Positions 63,659 through 64,000 of a stretch of 64,000 nt of DNA are shown in pieces. Source of the DNA: Oculina patagonica (Eukaryota); assembly GCF_052425735.1 (NCBI RefSeq), contig NC_135771.1:8060001-8124000 (forward strand), read 5' to 3'. The position numbers and the translations under genes were made by a program. The first letter of the stretch is position 1; each line of letters opens with the position of its first letter. Below the pieces are notes generated by a model. It ran no database searches. It saw only the letters and a program-made list of their open reading frames with translations, and was not told the origin of the DNA.

Positions 63659-64000
63659 CTAAAATTTACAGTAAAAGATGTAATGTTGTGAGTCATTTTA
63701 AACGATTACAAACAACTGATAAATTACCACTGAAAATACATAAAGGTATATGTATTGAGCAAGAAAAAGTGATGCATGAAGCAATGGGCGCTTATTAAAT
63801 TTTTGGACCATTAGAGTGGGTGCTTAGTTGGGGTGGGCCCTTATTCGAGGTGGGCGCTTATTCGAGGCTGGGTGCTTATTAAATTTTCACCATTTTCAGC
63901 AAGTAGTGAGTTTATTTTGCAAGAAAACAATAAATATCAACAATATGTGAAGATGTACCAAAGCACAATTTAAACTGTTCATTGACAGTTTCTGTAAAAT

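Overview
Eukaryotic, AT-rich, intron-containing animal DNA. The repeat complement (tRNA-derived SINEs, many short non-autonomous DNA transposons) looks cnidarian/stony-coral-like; that assignment is inference. Left to right: (1) the first three exons of a minus-strand Ldh_2-family (malate/L-lactate/sulfolactate dehydrogenase-like, YjmC-type) oxidoreductase with a putative mitochondrial presequence, running off the left edge; (2) a decayed plus-strand pseudogene, then a ~31 kb tandem array (14281-45242, period ~4.92 kb) carrying six near-identical two-exon genes for a 152-aa secreted protein (signal peptide plus one three-repeat fascin/agglutinin-like beta-trefoil domain); (3) a complete 12-exon, 357-aa second Ldh_2 paralog on the minus strand lacking the presequence; (4) the last four exons of DPH5 on the minus strand. 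The most notable system is the recently amplified, homogenised cluster of secreted single beta-trefoil genes between the two oxidoreductase paralogs. There is one assembly gap (51711-51873) and one stretch that looks like low-quality sequence (~16150-17330). All coordinates and splice junctions were read by eye.
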